DNA from: Takakia lepidozioides | Lineage: Eukaryota; Plantae; Bryophyta | Assembly (NCBI GenBank): GCA_030704615.1 | Contig: CM060733.1 | Coordinates: 2,542,001 to 2,606,000, forward strand | Direction of reading: 5' to 3' | DNA length: 64,000 bases | Shown: positions 14,521 to 26,391 of the stretch, one piece after another | Numbering within the stretch: position 1 is the stretch's first letter | How the letters are laid out: every line of letters starts with the position of its first letter | The notes under the pieces: model-generated | Database searches by the model: none | The model's input: only the letters and a program-made list of their open reading frames with translations | Told to the model about the DNA's origin: nothing | Translations under genes and position numbers: made by a program

Positions 14521-14706
14521 CAGATACCAGCTGGTGAGATAATTTTTCATTCAAGCACCTACAGACCAACTTTCCAGTTGCAAACCTTTTACTTCGTCAG
14601 GACAAATACCAGCTGGTGAGATAGATTTTCATTCACCCACCTGCGAACCAATGTCAGACGCACAGAATCAGCCCCCCTGCTTTTCAGTTGCAAACCTTTT
14701 ATTTCA
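14521..14706. repeat. Short imperfect direct duplication
   Basis: ataccagctggtgagata..ttttcattca and cagttgcaaacctttta each occur twice. Confidence 0.7.
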
Positions 14707-15496
14707 GTCTCTCCAACAGAGCACCAGGAATACTGTTCATGGGTCACAAGCTGTCTCAGGACCCTACCTAGGGGGGTAGCTGGCAGCTTCTAACCTTTCA
14801 ATTTACAGCAGGCCACATGAATATGCCCACTGTTTCCACTCACCTATGTGCAAGTTGCAAGCAATGATCAATCAGATTGCTATATGGCCAAGGTATTGAG
14901 AAGCTCACGTACCTAGATTAGAGGTTCCTTTTCTCCAAAACACAATTGTAGATTCAACCTTCCCATGCCTAGCTCAGCCATGTATTTATAAGCAAAAAGA
15001 CAGCGCCACAGAGTCATGAGATTCCATGTAATGTCCAGTAAGATTGAACTGTACCTTGCCGTGTGTTGATTTCAGAAGTGTAGTACATTAACCCTTACTT
15101 GGTCTTGCGACTATATTCCACATTCATTATATTGGATATGGAGACACCGCAGGGGGAATTTATTTGTTTGCACTCATGATCATTGTGTTGGATCGAAGAG
15201 GTTGCTGAGTTCCTGTCAAACGATAAGCCTGCCCTCTTATAAACTGGTGGGGAGAACCAAACCCTTCAATTCAAGCACTGGGCAAGGGGATTTTCAGGAC
15301 TAGGTGTTTGACCAGCACTGCACACATCAACCACCTTGAAATTTAGATCTCAGACCACAGTGGATGAGAAATCACATGTAAAGCATAATATGGGAAGTAA
15401 TAATACACCAACCACAGTGTAATAATAACAGGATGAGAAGCAAGCAGATCGAGAAAATTCTAGAAGCTGACATGACTTTTAGATACAGTAAACCAA

Positions 15497-15585
15497 GCCC
15501 ACCCCCGAAAGGGGGCAGTAGCCGCAAGGTGAAGTGGCTCTTTTGTTACACCGGATTTGGCCGGAGTCATCTCTCTCTCCCTCTC
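15497..15585 (+). mobile_element. 89-bp retroposed structured fragment (SINE or LINE 3' end) with (CT)n tail and 13-bp TSD
   Basis: TSD tacagtaaaccaa at 15484-15496 and 15586-15598; the insert contains GNRA hairpins and ends in ctctctctccctctc. Confidence 0.75.
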
Positions 15586-15898
15586 TACAGTAAACCAAAG
15601 GGATTGATGAACTACTATGATGTGAACTTCATGAGTCAGCAACTCATACTCCCCAGAGTCTATTTTCCATTCTCCAGTGTGCAGAGCACAACCTGACACC
15701 ACAATTCATACCTTAGCCCAGTCCCATAAGACAGCCATTGGTATCATTCATACGCGAGGCAGCAGACAACTAAAGATGAAACCCATCAACACTGTAGCTC
15801 ATGCACGAAGAGCAGTATTCCCATAACTTTACAAACAATAGTGAATCCAAGGACATTTTGGAGGACCATCCGGAAGACAAAGACGACGAACAACCCGG

Positions 15899-17685
15899 AC
15901 TGTGATAGAGGGTCAGTACCGAGGACGTTGCCTATAGCATTCTGAGTTTTAGATTCTACACAGTGATCACTTGTACATCAGTTATACTAGAGGCAAAGGA
16001 GGAAAGGGGCACTTAGGGTTTAAAAGGCATTCAAGAAGTTGATATTGTACCTTAACTGGTATGAGCATTTCTGCAGCCCATTGCAGTTACGAAATTGGGA
16101 GTCACTGAATTCCTCGCTCTGGCATAGCTGAACCCTCAGTAATCATATTCTTTGAACTGGCACAGTCAGCCCGTTCGATTCTGACAGCACCTAGGGCCAA
16201 ATATATTGCCAGAGCTCGTCTCCTTGTTGTCTATTGCACTACATATAGAGTCAATCCTTTCTGTCAGATCAATACTTACTAGGAATATGGAAGACTATCG
16301 TCCTAAGGGATAAAAGGACATAAGACTCCCCAATGTCCTTCACATTTCTGAGAAACTACTTCCTTAATTAAACATATCAAGGTATCCCAATCGTCTCACT
16401 GTCCAGGACACAACACCTGAAAGAAAAACGAAAGAAAGAGTACACGCGATACCTGCAGCCCAACTTTTCTAGCAAAAAGAACAAATACCTGCTGGTGCTT
16501 CAGGAACACCGGGATGACCATCAACGGACGTTACAATTCCTCCAGAGCTCTATTTCCTGCGAATCTGCATCAGGGTAGCGACACCATTTTTATCCACTGA
16601 AAAGTCATCGCGTGAAGAGTTTGTCCCTGCCTTCAAGCCAAGGCGCTTGCCAGGCGTCATGAGATGGATTCTGCCATCTGGATCAGTCGCTATACGTTGT
16701 AAGCAGGTGTGGCGGATTCTGCCACTTTTTCGGCCTAATTCTCAGGCAGAATCGGCCACCCAGGGCAGAATCGGCAGGGATGGCCAATTACGCAACTGTG
16801 ATAGAGGGTCAGTACCGAGGACGTTGCCTATAGCATTCTGAGTTTTAGATTCTACACAGTGATCACTTGTACATCAGTTATACTAGAGGCAAAGGAGGGA
16901 AGGGGCACTTAGGGTTTAAAAGGCATTCAAGAAGTTGATATTGTACCTTAACTGGTATGAGCATTTCTGCAGCCCATTGCAGTTACGAAATTGGGAGTCA
17001 CTGAATTCCTCGCTCTGGCATAGCTGAACCCTCAGTAATCATATTCTTTGAACTGGCACAGTCAGCCCGTTCGATTCTGACAGCACCTAGGGCCAAATAT
17101 ATTGCCAGAGCTCGTCTCCTTTCTATTGCACTACATATAGAGTCAATCCTTTCTGTCAGATCAATACTTACTAGGAATATGGAAGACTATCGTCCTAAGG
17201 GATAAAAGGACATAAGACTCCCCAATGTCCTTCACATTTCTGAGAAACTACTTCCTTAATTAAACATATCAAGGTATCCCAATCGTCTCACTGTCCAGGA
17301 CACAACACCTGAAAGAAAAACGAAAGAAAGAGTACACGCGATACCTGCAGCCCAACTTTTCTAGCAAAAAGAACAAATACCTGCTGGTGCTTCAGGAACA
17401 CCGGGATGACCATCAACGGACGTTACAATTCCTCCAGAGCTCTATTTCCTGCGAATCTGCATCAGGGTAGCGACACCATTTTTATCCACTGAAAAGTCAT
17501 CGCGTGAAGAGTTTGTCCCTGCCTTCAAGCCAAGGCGCTTGCCAGGCGTCATGAGATGGATTCTGCCATCTGGATCAGTCGCTATACGTTGTAAGCAGTG
17601 TGGCGGATTCTGCCACTTTTTCGGCCTAATTCTCAGGCAGAATCGGCCACCCAGGGCAGAATCGGCAGGGATGGCCAATTACGCA
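15899..17685. repeat. Near-identical tandem duplication of about 895 bp
   Basis: 15899-16794 versus 16795-17685; only a few substitutions and indels visible. Confidence 0.95.
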
Positions 17686-17859
17686 AAGAGGACGATAGAC
17701 CTACCACTGAGGCTCATCGTCATCAACCATCAAGCCGCACATCGACCTTCGAGGCTCGCCCCCTTTATATCCTCTCTGGGGCTCTGAATCTGGGCAATCG
17801 ATATGGGATAATCAAACCTCAATCATATTGCGCCACGTAGCGGGCGAGAATCCGCCACA

Positions 17860-18066
17860 CCTGCTTTTAACGCCAGTGAACGGCCGCGCACAGGGGCCTA
17901 TGCGCGGCCATAGGGCTCACCCTGAGGGGCCGGCCCAAAGGCCGCTTACAGGGCAGAATCGGCCAAACAGGGCCCTGTGCGCGGCCATAGGGCTCGCCCT
18001 GACGGGCTCGCCCAAAGGCCGCTTACAGGGCAGAATCGGCCAAACAGGGCCCGTTCTTTAGTACGG
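17860..18066. repeat. GC-rich repeats resembling a DNA-transposon subterminal region or end
   Basis: Units gcgcggccatagggctc..cccaaaggccgcttacagggcagaatcggccaaacagggccc occur twice; the cagaatcggc motif is shared with the duplicated block. No matching opposite TIR was found. Confidence 0.5.
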
Positions 18067-18369
18067 ACAAGAGACTCCATACCCTTTCCAAAAGTGACTA
18101 CCACCATAGCAATCCCTCCTCAGTTGCTTGTTTCAACGATCTAAGGTGCAGGGCCGTCATCGTCTCCTGCGATCACCCATCTTGTTGGCCTTGTAACTGT
18201 GCCGGAAATAGCTACCAGATCCGGTAGCTCTGCTTGTGGTTGGAGTTGGAGAATTGCATCACAGATCAAGGTCCATCTCTCTGTGGGTCATGTTCTTTTT
18301 CTTTTTTTTTCAATAAAGAAGGAAGTCTTCAAGCATGATCATTACCTGCATAGGAGGATTCTTCAAACA

Positions 18370-18815
18370 TATGGGCCAAAGGCACATGCTACCCTATAGG
18401 TCGCACTTGGGCCTCCACATAGGAGACCCTTGAACATGCAAGATCCTACACTTGGGCTTAGATGACATTGGACACTTGGGCCAAGTGCACAAGCTACCCT
18501 AGAGGTCGCACTTGGGCCTCACTGTATGAGATGCTCTGGAGTGCATAGAAGATCTTACACTTGGGGCTTAGATGACACAAGACACTTGGGCCAAGTGCAC
18601 AGGCTACCCTAGAGGTCGCACTTGGGACTCGACAGAGGAGACGCACTAAGATACATGGGAAATTGCACTTGGTTTTACAATTCAATTCTTCACACATGGG
18701 CCAACGGCTTAGGCTACCCTAAAGGTGCCTCGACAGAGGGAGTGGGATACATAGCAGATCTTGCACTTGGGCTTAGATGAGATTGACCCTTGGGCCAATG
18801 GCACAGGCTACCCTA
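18370..18815. repeat. Degenerate tandem repeat, unit about 115-120 bp, roughly 4 copies
   Basis: Recurring gggccaa..gcaca.gctaccct..aggtcgcacttggg and cacttgggcttagatga. Confidence 0.8.
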
Positions 18816-18953
18816 GTCAACAATTATGAAAAACCCAAATATATGTACTATACTTCCCTAATCTACAAGATGTCCAAAATTTTTATTTTCTTGATCAAAA
18901 TATCGTACACATGACAACAAAAGAATTGCTCATTATCCACCCTTTTCTACTTC

Positions 18954-21704
18954 CTATCTTTCCGATTCGGCTCCCTTTGGAGTAACCTTCTCAATCATGG
19001 ACACAACATTGTCCTTTTGTCTATCATTATGATTGAGTGTATTTCCACCTCCACCCACATTCCAAGGATGTTGTGTACATCCTTTCATGCAAGGAGGTAT
19101 TGGAGATTGCCCCTCCTCCCGTTCCAAGATAAATTTGAAGACTTTTGCATGATTTAACCCCGAGCCATATTCCTTCCGCACAATCCGATAAAGACCATCA
19201 TATGTATACCGGATAGTGGTTTTCTTTGTCTTGCTGTTCATCAGAATCACATGCCTTCGAACCAATCGCACAACCAAGTTGAGCTCTGAAGTATGGCACA
19301 TCGCTTTGTTACCTTTCTCTGTCTTCTGGTCTTGCACTACCGGTGCACCAGCAACCCTAGATAACCGGCCTCCGTGCCCAGTGTACTGAACTGTGGTCCC
19401 ATTGTCAATATTATCCACATACGAACTATTGGAGCACAACACAACACATGTTGCCACGACTTGGCTGGCGTATCGGCGTGCACATCCATATGCAATTCCA
19501 GAATTGGGAAAATTGTGTAACCCTACAACGGCCATCTCATGTCGAAATTTGAAAGAATCCCCAACATGGACTCCAGGAACAGTGCCAACAATCACCTCCG
19601 TGTTCACGCATTCGCCAGTTTCTTTCATTCTATTGTATGCCCGAATGTCATGTCGATGCCTTTTGCTCGATTCAGATGGGTCGCCTCCTTTCCCTGAAAC
19701 AGCAAACTTTCGTGCCAAAGCCTCTGCATAATATTGCCTGAAATATTCCTTGAAAGCTTCCAAGGCCCTTGTGACCTTTGCTCTTGCATCTGCTGTTGGT
19801 TAAGAACAAGTACAAAGAATGTTAGCAAGCCTTTCATTATCACAAGCCTTCCAATTTCTACTAACATTTCCAGGACTACCAGATCTAAGTGACTTAAGAG
19901 TTTGATCCTTTTGTCCCAAAACCTGTCCCACATTGTCAAGATTGTTCGACTGTTGCGCACTTCACTACAATAGCTCCATTATGATGTCATGTTGAGCAGA
20001 GTTTGGGAACTTGAAATTCTAAAATTTCATTGTCAGATGAGTGTGCTTTTTCAGCTCGTAAATCAGGAAAGGCACATGGAACTCCTTTCCTGCTACTCTT
20101 CACATACTGACATATTGCAGGCTTACATTTAAGCACCAGTTGGCATGATGTCCACACTGACACAACACTTTGGGCATTGTGCATATCCACCATTACACGC
20201 ATGGGAAGCAGTATATTTGTGGAAACAGCACGCTCACTGGTGATAAGCCAGCGGACCAGCCGGCGAAGCTCTTACAAATCTCGTGTTATACCCAATAGAC
20301 GTGGAGACAAGCACTCCGCTAAAATCTCAACTCTGTTCTCTACTATGTGAACAAACAAGTAACTTGGTGGTAAAGATTCGGGAGATGTTTCTATTTCCAC
20401 CCCAGAGCTCCATGTGAGTTTCACGAGCATTACCTTCAGACATAATGGTTTGGGATGGCTGGCTATCAAAGAGTATTCCTGTATCACCCCTTGACTTCAA
20501 TGCACTTGTTGATACTCTTCCTGGCAACAAGACCATGACCAACGTAAGTCAGCTTGAAACAGCATAGGAAAGTGAGTGACACTCTTCCAGCAATAAACTA
20601 GTAGACAAGAAATTTTTTTGAGTTGTTATGTAGTGAGTCAAACTGTAGATCACATGATCCACAAAAGAGTGTGAAGTGCATACCATTTTGCTTCTGGACA
20701 TTCACAAGTTGCTGGGAAGACCGCTGGTGGAATGATTGTTGCTTAGCAAGTACTTCCCTATCCTTCGCCAAACCTGCTGGCTGAAGGGATGATTGTTGCA
20801 GAGCAAATACTGTTTTCAAAGAAGTTGCTGGCACCAATCTGCCACGCATGCCCTTCAATACTTCTTTTTTTAGTTTCTGAAAGCGGTTATTCTTAGGGCC
20901 CTTCTTCTGCATTACAGGTTTGTGATGAGATATACGACCAAGGCCTGTATGTAACTTGGACCGTACTTCAGGCACCAGAGGCTCGGGTAGCTGTTTCAGT
21001 CCCACTTGGGATGAAGAAACAAACACACCAGAATCCTTGCCAGGAGGGTCTAGAGCTATTGCCTCTACATCCACAACACTTCCCTGATGAACCAGAGTAG
21101 CAACGGGGCTTTCAACTCCAGTGGGTGAGTTAATGTTTGAGAAGTTGGACTTCTGATCACCACTGGTGCAAGCCTCGTCATTTGTGCACTTTTGCACTTG
21201 AATGTCTGTCAAAACCAGACCACTCTTGCAATTCTGAGGCCAACCCTTCTCAGCTCGGACACCCTCCACTGCAGAAGGAGAGAGAGTTGGAGAGCAAATA
21301 CTGTTGTTTGGCCATAAAGGTTCCCAGAGCAAATCTGCTGGGGATATAGCTGAAGAAAACCACAAAGGACTATCCGGTGGTGATAAAGCTTCAATTAAGC
21401 CCGTCAAATCCGAGCAGTTGTCCAAAGCATCATTGGTGCGGTCTCTTAGTTTGTTGCTTGCTGGACCATCAAATTCGACTGGCTTGCTTGGTTTGTATTC
21501 CTCCTCCTTTAACCTTTTAGCTGAAGGTCTTATCTGAACTGGAGCTTCCCCACCTTTCCTTTTCACTTCACCTCCTTTGCTTGATAGTGGAGTGTCCCCA
21601 TCCACCTTTTTCAACTGAGTGTTGACCTTCAAATCTGTGGGTAGGTCCCAAATACTTGACCTTGGGCATAAGCTAGAAGAACCCAGCACCTCAGGCTGCG
21701 CCAT
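18954..21704 (-). CDS. SRA/YDG-domain protein (SUVH-type SRA) lacking pre-SET/SET, at least 647 aa
   Basis: Exons 21704-20684, 20520-20434 and 19789-18954 join in phase. Contains DARAKVTRALEAF helices, IVGTVPGVHVGDSFKFRHEMAVVGLH, YVDNID..YTGHGG, DQK..GNKAM, VRLVR, YTYDGLY, VFKFILER, then a stop. The start codon is uncertain; spliced upstream segments at about 22246-22459 and 23126-23330 may be UTR. Confidence 0.8.
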
Positions 21705-24700
21705 CTGAGTTGGTGATGTAGCACTGCTGGAAGTATTCACTACACAGCACAAACATGGCTAGGCTCAGCAAGAAGGTTAGGGTTAAATCATACACAAAGA
21801 TATTGCTAGAATCATGACAAACACTCCCGACAACCAACCATAATTCATTGACCACCCTGCAGATAACAAGTGATACTTTCAACTAATCAAATTGCTTGGT
21901 ATGGATCGTCTTCCCTGACCTTGCATTACTCGCTCCTCTCAAAGTCTGGCAACGGCTGAGTCCAAGATTATGCACTCAAAAAGACATGTGGCAATTCCAA
22001 GGAAAGAAAGAGGGATACTGATGGAGTCCAGCTCTCAAGGGCATTGTATTAAATCAATCAGAAATCCAAAGAGTTGGGGAGAAACTAGTCTGCAGGTCAT
22101 GGACTGGTTCATGAACTGACCATACTGTGGCAAGTATATAGCATCTCTGCAAAGAAGTAACACACCTGATGTAATTGCAATTTCCAACAGCATATTTCCT
22201 AAAAATCTCAAAAAAAAAAATACAGAAGTTCTCAACTGATTTGTACCTGCATCAGCCCTGAACTTCCAGTTGAAGCTGTGCAGAATCTCTATCTTCTGTC
22301 CTTTCATATACTGCCCTTTCAAGGCACACTCTCAACCGATGCGCTAGCCCCACACTCACAAGGAGCCTCTGTAGCTAGTCCTTTCCAAGCCTGCCATCCA
22401 ATGACACTCTCATCTCAGCTGACTGTCTAAGCAACATCTTCATGGTTATTATCAACCACCTGCAACTCGGAGGTCCCAGACAACTGATCAAACTCTGGCT
22501 CACATACACGTTAGTACTGCCGTACTAGAGGAGGGTTGCTTGGCGCAATCTCAAAAGGAGGGAGATCAACAGCCTGCGGCAATTATGCAACCAGAATTGG
22601 CCGTTCAGGCTGTCTCAGTCTTAAACACAATGTAGACCGGGACTAGCTCCCATTACCAACCAAAACGAGAGGGACGAAAAACAGAAAATCTACTTTGAAC
22701 TCGACAAGACGAGAACACGAGGTCTGCTCATGGCATACACTCACTACGGCACTGTGTGTCATAATCTGCCTAACTTTCCATGCGACTCATCACATGCAGA
22801 ACTCCACCAACTAACAAACCCCAACACTTACCTCTCTCGTTGTCGTCCCGGATACGACTCAACTTAACAAACGTCCCTTCAGCCCAGATACATATCAACC
22901 GAAGCTGAAACCCGGCAGTCGCCTCCTCCAAACAAAATGCGAGTAAACACAAACGAACACATCCAATACAACACCCACCCAAGTGCACACTAACAGAAGC
23001 AAGAGATGAAGGAAGGGACTCACACGAATCGCTCGAAAGCTGCAACCCGCACCGACAATCATGACGACCGTAGCTGCAAAGGAAGAAAACTTCAACTGCA
23101 AGACACGACAACTCAACTCCGGTACCTCCTCCTACAATCCAGAAGCTTCCACCCCTCTGAAGAAGCCCCCTGTGCAAACACAGCTCAGGCTTCTCGCACA
23201 TAATAATGAGGCTGGCCCCACTACTCGTAGCCGTCTCCTGCGGCCTCGGGGGCGCAGCTGCGCCGTCTTCCTTCGTCTTATTTCGCCCCATTCACCGCCT
23301 CTGGCAAAACCACTGCCGCCGCCACTTATGTCGTGACATACTCTGTTTACATCTTGGTTACGATTCATAATCTCGACAGCCACTTGCACAATTTCTCCCA
23401 CCGAGTTGTATGATGAAGAAATAAAACATAGAATGAAATGTATGGGTAGCGTGGAATGAGGCGTTATGTGAGATTTGCCTGTACTATTGTATCTTGCCCT
23501 TCCTGGGGGAGAGCCCATCATGAACCTTGTGAGCTACGCGCCTCTACGTTAGATTTTTCCTCTCACTAGGGGAGTGATCCGTGAGGGTTTCAAACTTAAA
23601 CAACCAATTAGAAAAGAAACTGGAAACACTGTAACAGTGAATATGTAACTGGAAAGTGGAATTCACTGGAACAGTCAATGTGCACGTATTTTATAATAAT
23701 TGTAATCTTAAGTAACCCACGTGCCTCATTATGATCTAGTCAGGCTATTCAAATAGAATATTCAGTCTTAAGGGTGATTGGAGATGCCTACACATGTGGT
23801 GTCATTTTATTCATCTTCCATTTTCTTTCCATTTGTAAGTTTCCATCCAAATGTTGTTTTGGCAAGCCACAAACGACAATACCCTTTGCAGTTTGCGGCT
23901 TGTTTTTGGTTTTTTTTTTTTGTAAGCTTCTAGCAAAAATTGGTGGAGTTGTCCGGACGGGTATTATACTATTTTCAGATATACTATTTTCCGGAACACT
24001 ATCTGCTGGACACTGCCTGGTTCAGCCCATAGAGGCAGTATTTGGTCTGCTCCCCAGCAAATACTAGACATAACCGTCAAATGGTTGAGGGACATATCAT
24101 TGCTTTTAACGAAGCTGAGGTGATGCTGGTTAGGGCAGCACTGCCGCTCTCAATGAATGAGAGCATGCCACATCAGTGAAAGGTCTACATTTGCTGGTTA
24201 TGTGCTATAACCTTGGCAAGTCGCCAGGTACGGTTGAGGGTGTATGCATGAGAAAGCCAGTCTCCATTGACCCTGGGATTCATGTACACAATATGATATC
24301 TGGGACACATTGCTCATTTTTTTTTCTAAACACTCACCATCATGATTCCCCATAATCATATAGCGATAATTTTTTTTATTTTTTTTGAAGAAGGGAAAAT
24401 ACCCCAAAAATACATTAAGCAGTGTGGAAAATTAAATAGCCGAGGTGGTAATGGGCACATACCATACCACCTCCAAAGTGGTTGTAGATTCAATCCACCT
24501 ATTCGTATCACAAATTGTCCACCTTCATGCTGGAAGGCAGTAATCCTTTGGGGGTGAAGAGACCCCTAATTTACCCTTCCTTAGGGAGGCATCATATATT
24601 ATATTATAAGACCCCAATTCTTTTTGTTTTTTTATTTATTCCAAAGGAACACTAGCCCAATTTTGTAAGCAACTAGGAACAATGGTAGTAAATTCGACTA

Positions 24701-25031
24701 CCAACATTTAACCCTTATCATAATCCACTTCACTAATGGTGTAGTTTCAACGCAGCATGCACTCCAAGGTAGTAACAGGGTCAATCCACACCATAATTTA
24801 CGGTCGGTTTGGCAACACATCCATATTTCTTATTCATTTGAGTTGATTTGTTTAAAAAATTATTATTTCTATCGTTATTTTAAATGTGAAAGAACAAGTC
24901 AAATGAGAAAGAAAAAGACAAAAAATTACTAGATAATCCTAACTATTTACAATTTTAGACAACTCAATAATCATCTTCGTAGTGGGCTCTTATTTTGCTT
25001 CAAAACATAAAACATACCAACCCTAAAGATT

Positions 25032-25759
25032 TATCACGGACATAGCCCAGAGGAACTTACTAGGAGTAAATACCAGAAATTATTAAATTATCATATTATC
25101 AAAAATTACCATATTTTATTGTGATTTATCATGATTTACCATAAATTATCATAAGTCACCAAGTTATCGGGAGTTTACCAAATTACTGAGAGTAACTTGG
25201 AAACTGCTCACGAAGCTTCATTTTGAAGAAACTTCTCCTCAAAATACCTCATTTGTTTAAGGAAACTTCTCCATCAAGAAACCTTTGTTTAATGAAACTT
25301 CTCCGTCAAGAAATCTTTGTTTAACCTTGAAAACTTCTCCATCAAAGAAACTTCCATTGGGAAAGCTTCTTAAGGAACTTCCTAGTAGCCAGTATATATA
25401 GGAGGCGAGACTGGACACTCTTCAGTCTCACCAACACAAGTTCAAGCTACTCTTGTTTCCAGTCTCATTATTCCAGTTCAGCAGCCAGTATTCTAGTCCA
25501 GTTTCTAGTATCTGACACTTTAGTCCAGTTTCTAGTATCTGACACTTAGTCAGTTTCAGTATCTGTTTAGTCCAGTTTCCAACATTCCAGTATTCAAGTC
25601 GAGTTCCAGTATCTTGTACTCTTGTCCATTGTTATAAAGATCATCTTGATTCATGTTTACCCATCATGCATTAGGCCACACCGACTTTGACTTCTTGTCT
25701 AGTCTTTTACCTCTAGTCTGATCTCTTGTTTGTGTTCAGTCATGTTCTCATCCTTGATA
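25032..25759. mobile_element. Degenerate solo-LTR copy (family X)
   Basis: Same ends and internal repeats as the clean copy at 53533-54074 (t[g/a]tcacggacatagcc...gttctc.tccttga[c/t]a). Confidence 0.75.
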
Positions 25760-26391
25760 TCATCTACATTATACAAAAGATTTTATGTATGAATTTTTTT
25801 TTATCCAATAAAAAAAAATTAATATCTTCGAATATAGCTAATTTTCTTAAAACATAATTATCAAAAATGACCAAATTATCGGGAATTATCAAATTTACTA
25901 AAAATTATCATGATTTACCATAAATTACCATAAATTACTATGAATTATGAAGTTATCAAGAGTTACCAAATTACTGAGAGTAACTCAAGAAATTGCTCAA
26001 GAAACTTCATTGGTTGATGAAGCTTCTTAAGAGACTTCTTTTGGTGGGAGAAGCTTCTCAAAAGACTTTCCTTGGTTGGGGTACCTAGTATATATATAGG
26101 AGGCGAGACTGGACACTCCCTCAGTATCGCCATCACAAGTTCGAACTACTCTTGCTTCCAGTTCTAGTACTCTCGCCCAATTGGTACTTAAGTCCAGTTT
26201 CCAGTATTCTAGTACCAAGTGTCACAGACATAGCCCAGAAGAATTCGCCAAGAGTAATTATCAGAAGTTATCAAGTCACGAGGAGTTACCATGATTTATC
26301 ATGATTTATTATGATTTATCATAAATTACCATGAGTTAGCAAATTACCAGGAGTAAGTACCAAATTACTGAGAATAATTTAGTGGATGAAG

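Noticed and set aside
15497-15540. Hammerhead ribozyme
   Set aside because: Lacks the CUGANGA and GAAA..UH catalytic core; kept only as a generic structured RNA.
25080-25600. CRISPR-like short repeat arrays
   Set aside because: Degenerate tandem motifs without unique spacers, internal to LTR family X.
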